Origin: Lama glama
Taxonomy: Eukaryota
Assembly (NCBI GenBank): GCA_028534125.1
Contig: CM052816.1
Span: 97,526,001-97,590,000 of the forward strand
Length of the DNA stretch: 64,000 nucleotides
Reading direction: 5' to 3'
Of the stretch, positions 62,785 through 64,000 are shown piece after piece. The notes below the pieces were generated by a model. The model saw nothing but the letters and a program-made list of their open reading frames with translations. It was not told the origin of the DNA and did no database searches. The translations under genes and the position numbers were made by a program. The stretch's first letter is position 1, and every line of letters begins with the position of its first letter.

Positions 62785-63040
62785 TACAGAGGAGTGGTTA
62801 TCATCACAAGTTCTGAGTCAGACGTAGCTGGGTTCAAATCACGCCCTACGTTTATGTGATAGGTAGCTTATCATTTACTTACCAAGGCAAGGCACTTACC
62901 ATCCGTTAGCTTGTTTGCTCACGTAGGAAACAGACCAAGGATGCCTGCCTCCTAAGATCGCTTTGTGGACTATTTGGACCGTCCAATGCAGCACTCAGCA
63001 CAATTCCTGGATTATAATAAGCAGCAAATAGACAGTATTG
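62785..63040 (+). mobile_element. MIR SINE
   Basis: ggagtggtta...tctgagtcagacgtagctgggttcaaatc...ggcaaggcacttacc...gcactcagcacaattcctgg. Confidence 0.7.
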
Positions 63041-64000
63041 TTCCATTATTCATAGCAGTAAGCAGCCCAGAGGAATTCTTTAAGGCCCTTGTGAAGGTCA
63101 TCATGTCTACGATTCTGCATGGTGAGGCATCCTGTTTTGCACAAGTTTCAGCGAGGACTTCGTCTTCCTGCCTCAAGTAATGAGATATGAGACACGCCAC
63201 TACAACGTGCTGCCGGGGGCAGTCCTCAGCTGGGGGGAATGGAATAGAGAGAGAGCAAAGAGTGCCATTCGATTTTCCATTCACTCCTTTACTCAGCAAG
63301 CTCACCGGAGTGCGTATCCGTCCCGGAGTGTGCAGTGGAGGAGGCAGGGGAAGATACGGTCTCTGGCCCTGAAGTGCTCAAAGTCTGGAAGAGCCTCAGA
63401 GACTAAGAAAACGTCAAGACCCTAGGGAGGGGCTGCCTGGCGGCAGGAATTTAGGTGAGCACTTTGGAAGAAGGCAAATTCTCCCTAGATTGGATGCATT
63501 AAAGGCTCCTGTTTAAAATCTGAGCTTCGAGTGAGTACGGATGCAGCTCGCCCAGTGGGCCCTGAGAAATAGCCATCAGGGGTGGGACTCAAACCCGGGC
63601 CCTTCTTTGGGTTCCAGCAGTTCCTCTGATTCTTTCTCTCCTGCATTTTGGCCATGGATAAAAGAACACACCTTAGGTTGTGGTATCTGGCTTGGAGTGT
63701 CCACTAGGAGCCAGGATGACTCAATCCAGAAATGCATGGGATTAATCTCCCCACGAGGTAAACATCAACTGATGGAAACAGAAGACGTAGGAGAGCTGGG
63801 CCCACAGACCCTTCCTTTCCCCCTGCTCACACCTGGAGAGGCCCTAGTGAGGGGCGAGCACCTCTGCTGGGCAAGCCTGCTGTGTCTCTTTGCGGCTCCT
63901 TGGGAAGCAGTGTCCAGCGTGCAAGGCGGCCGTCACATGGTCACAGCCTCCCTGCCCTTGCACCTGCCAATAAACACAGCAGCACTGCAATCATTGTGTC

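Overview
Mammalian non-coding DNA, almost certainly camelid (alpaca/llama/camel): it carries two tRNA-derived Vic-1-type SINEs and several camelid/cetartiodactyl-type L1 3' ends. I find no protein-coding exon, RNA gene or CRISPR array that I can support. The long ORFs are chance frames, mostly inside repeats. A large part of the window is interspersed repeat: old L1M/L2/L3/MIR, hAT MITEs (MER58, MER53, MER5, MER102, MER20), MaLR/ERV solo LTRs and young L1 3' ends. There are three N gaps. Repeat family names come from my recollection of the consensus sequences and need RepeatMasker/Dfam confirmation; old-repeat boundaries are approximate. I found no new biological system. The most informative signals are mutational scars: (1) four of about seven young L1 insertions look 5'-inverted, two with very short non-inverted parts and one with an extra 5' fragment; (2) an exact 43-bp copy of sequence 1.8 kb away, embedded in a TA-rich junction; (3) an L2>MER39>L1 nest whose old repeats look shifted AT-to-GC, consistent with GC-biased gene conversion. 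A few CpG-dense, motif-rich unique blocks are candidate regulatory elements.
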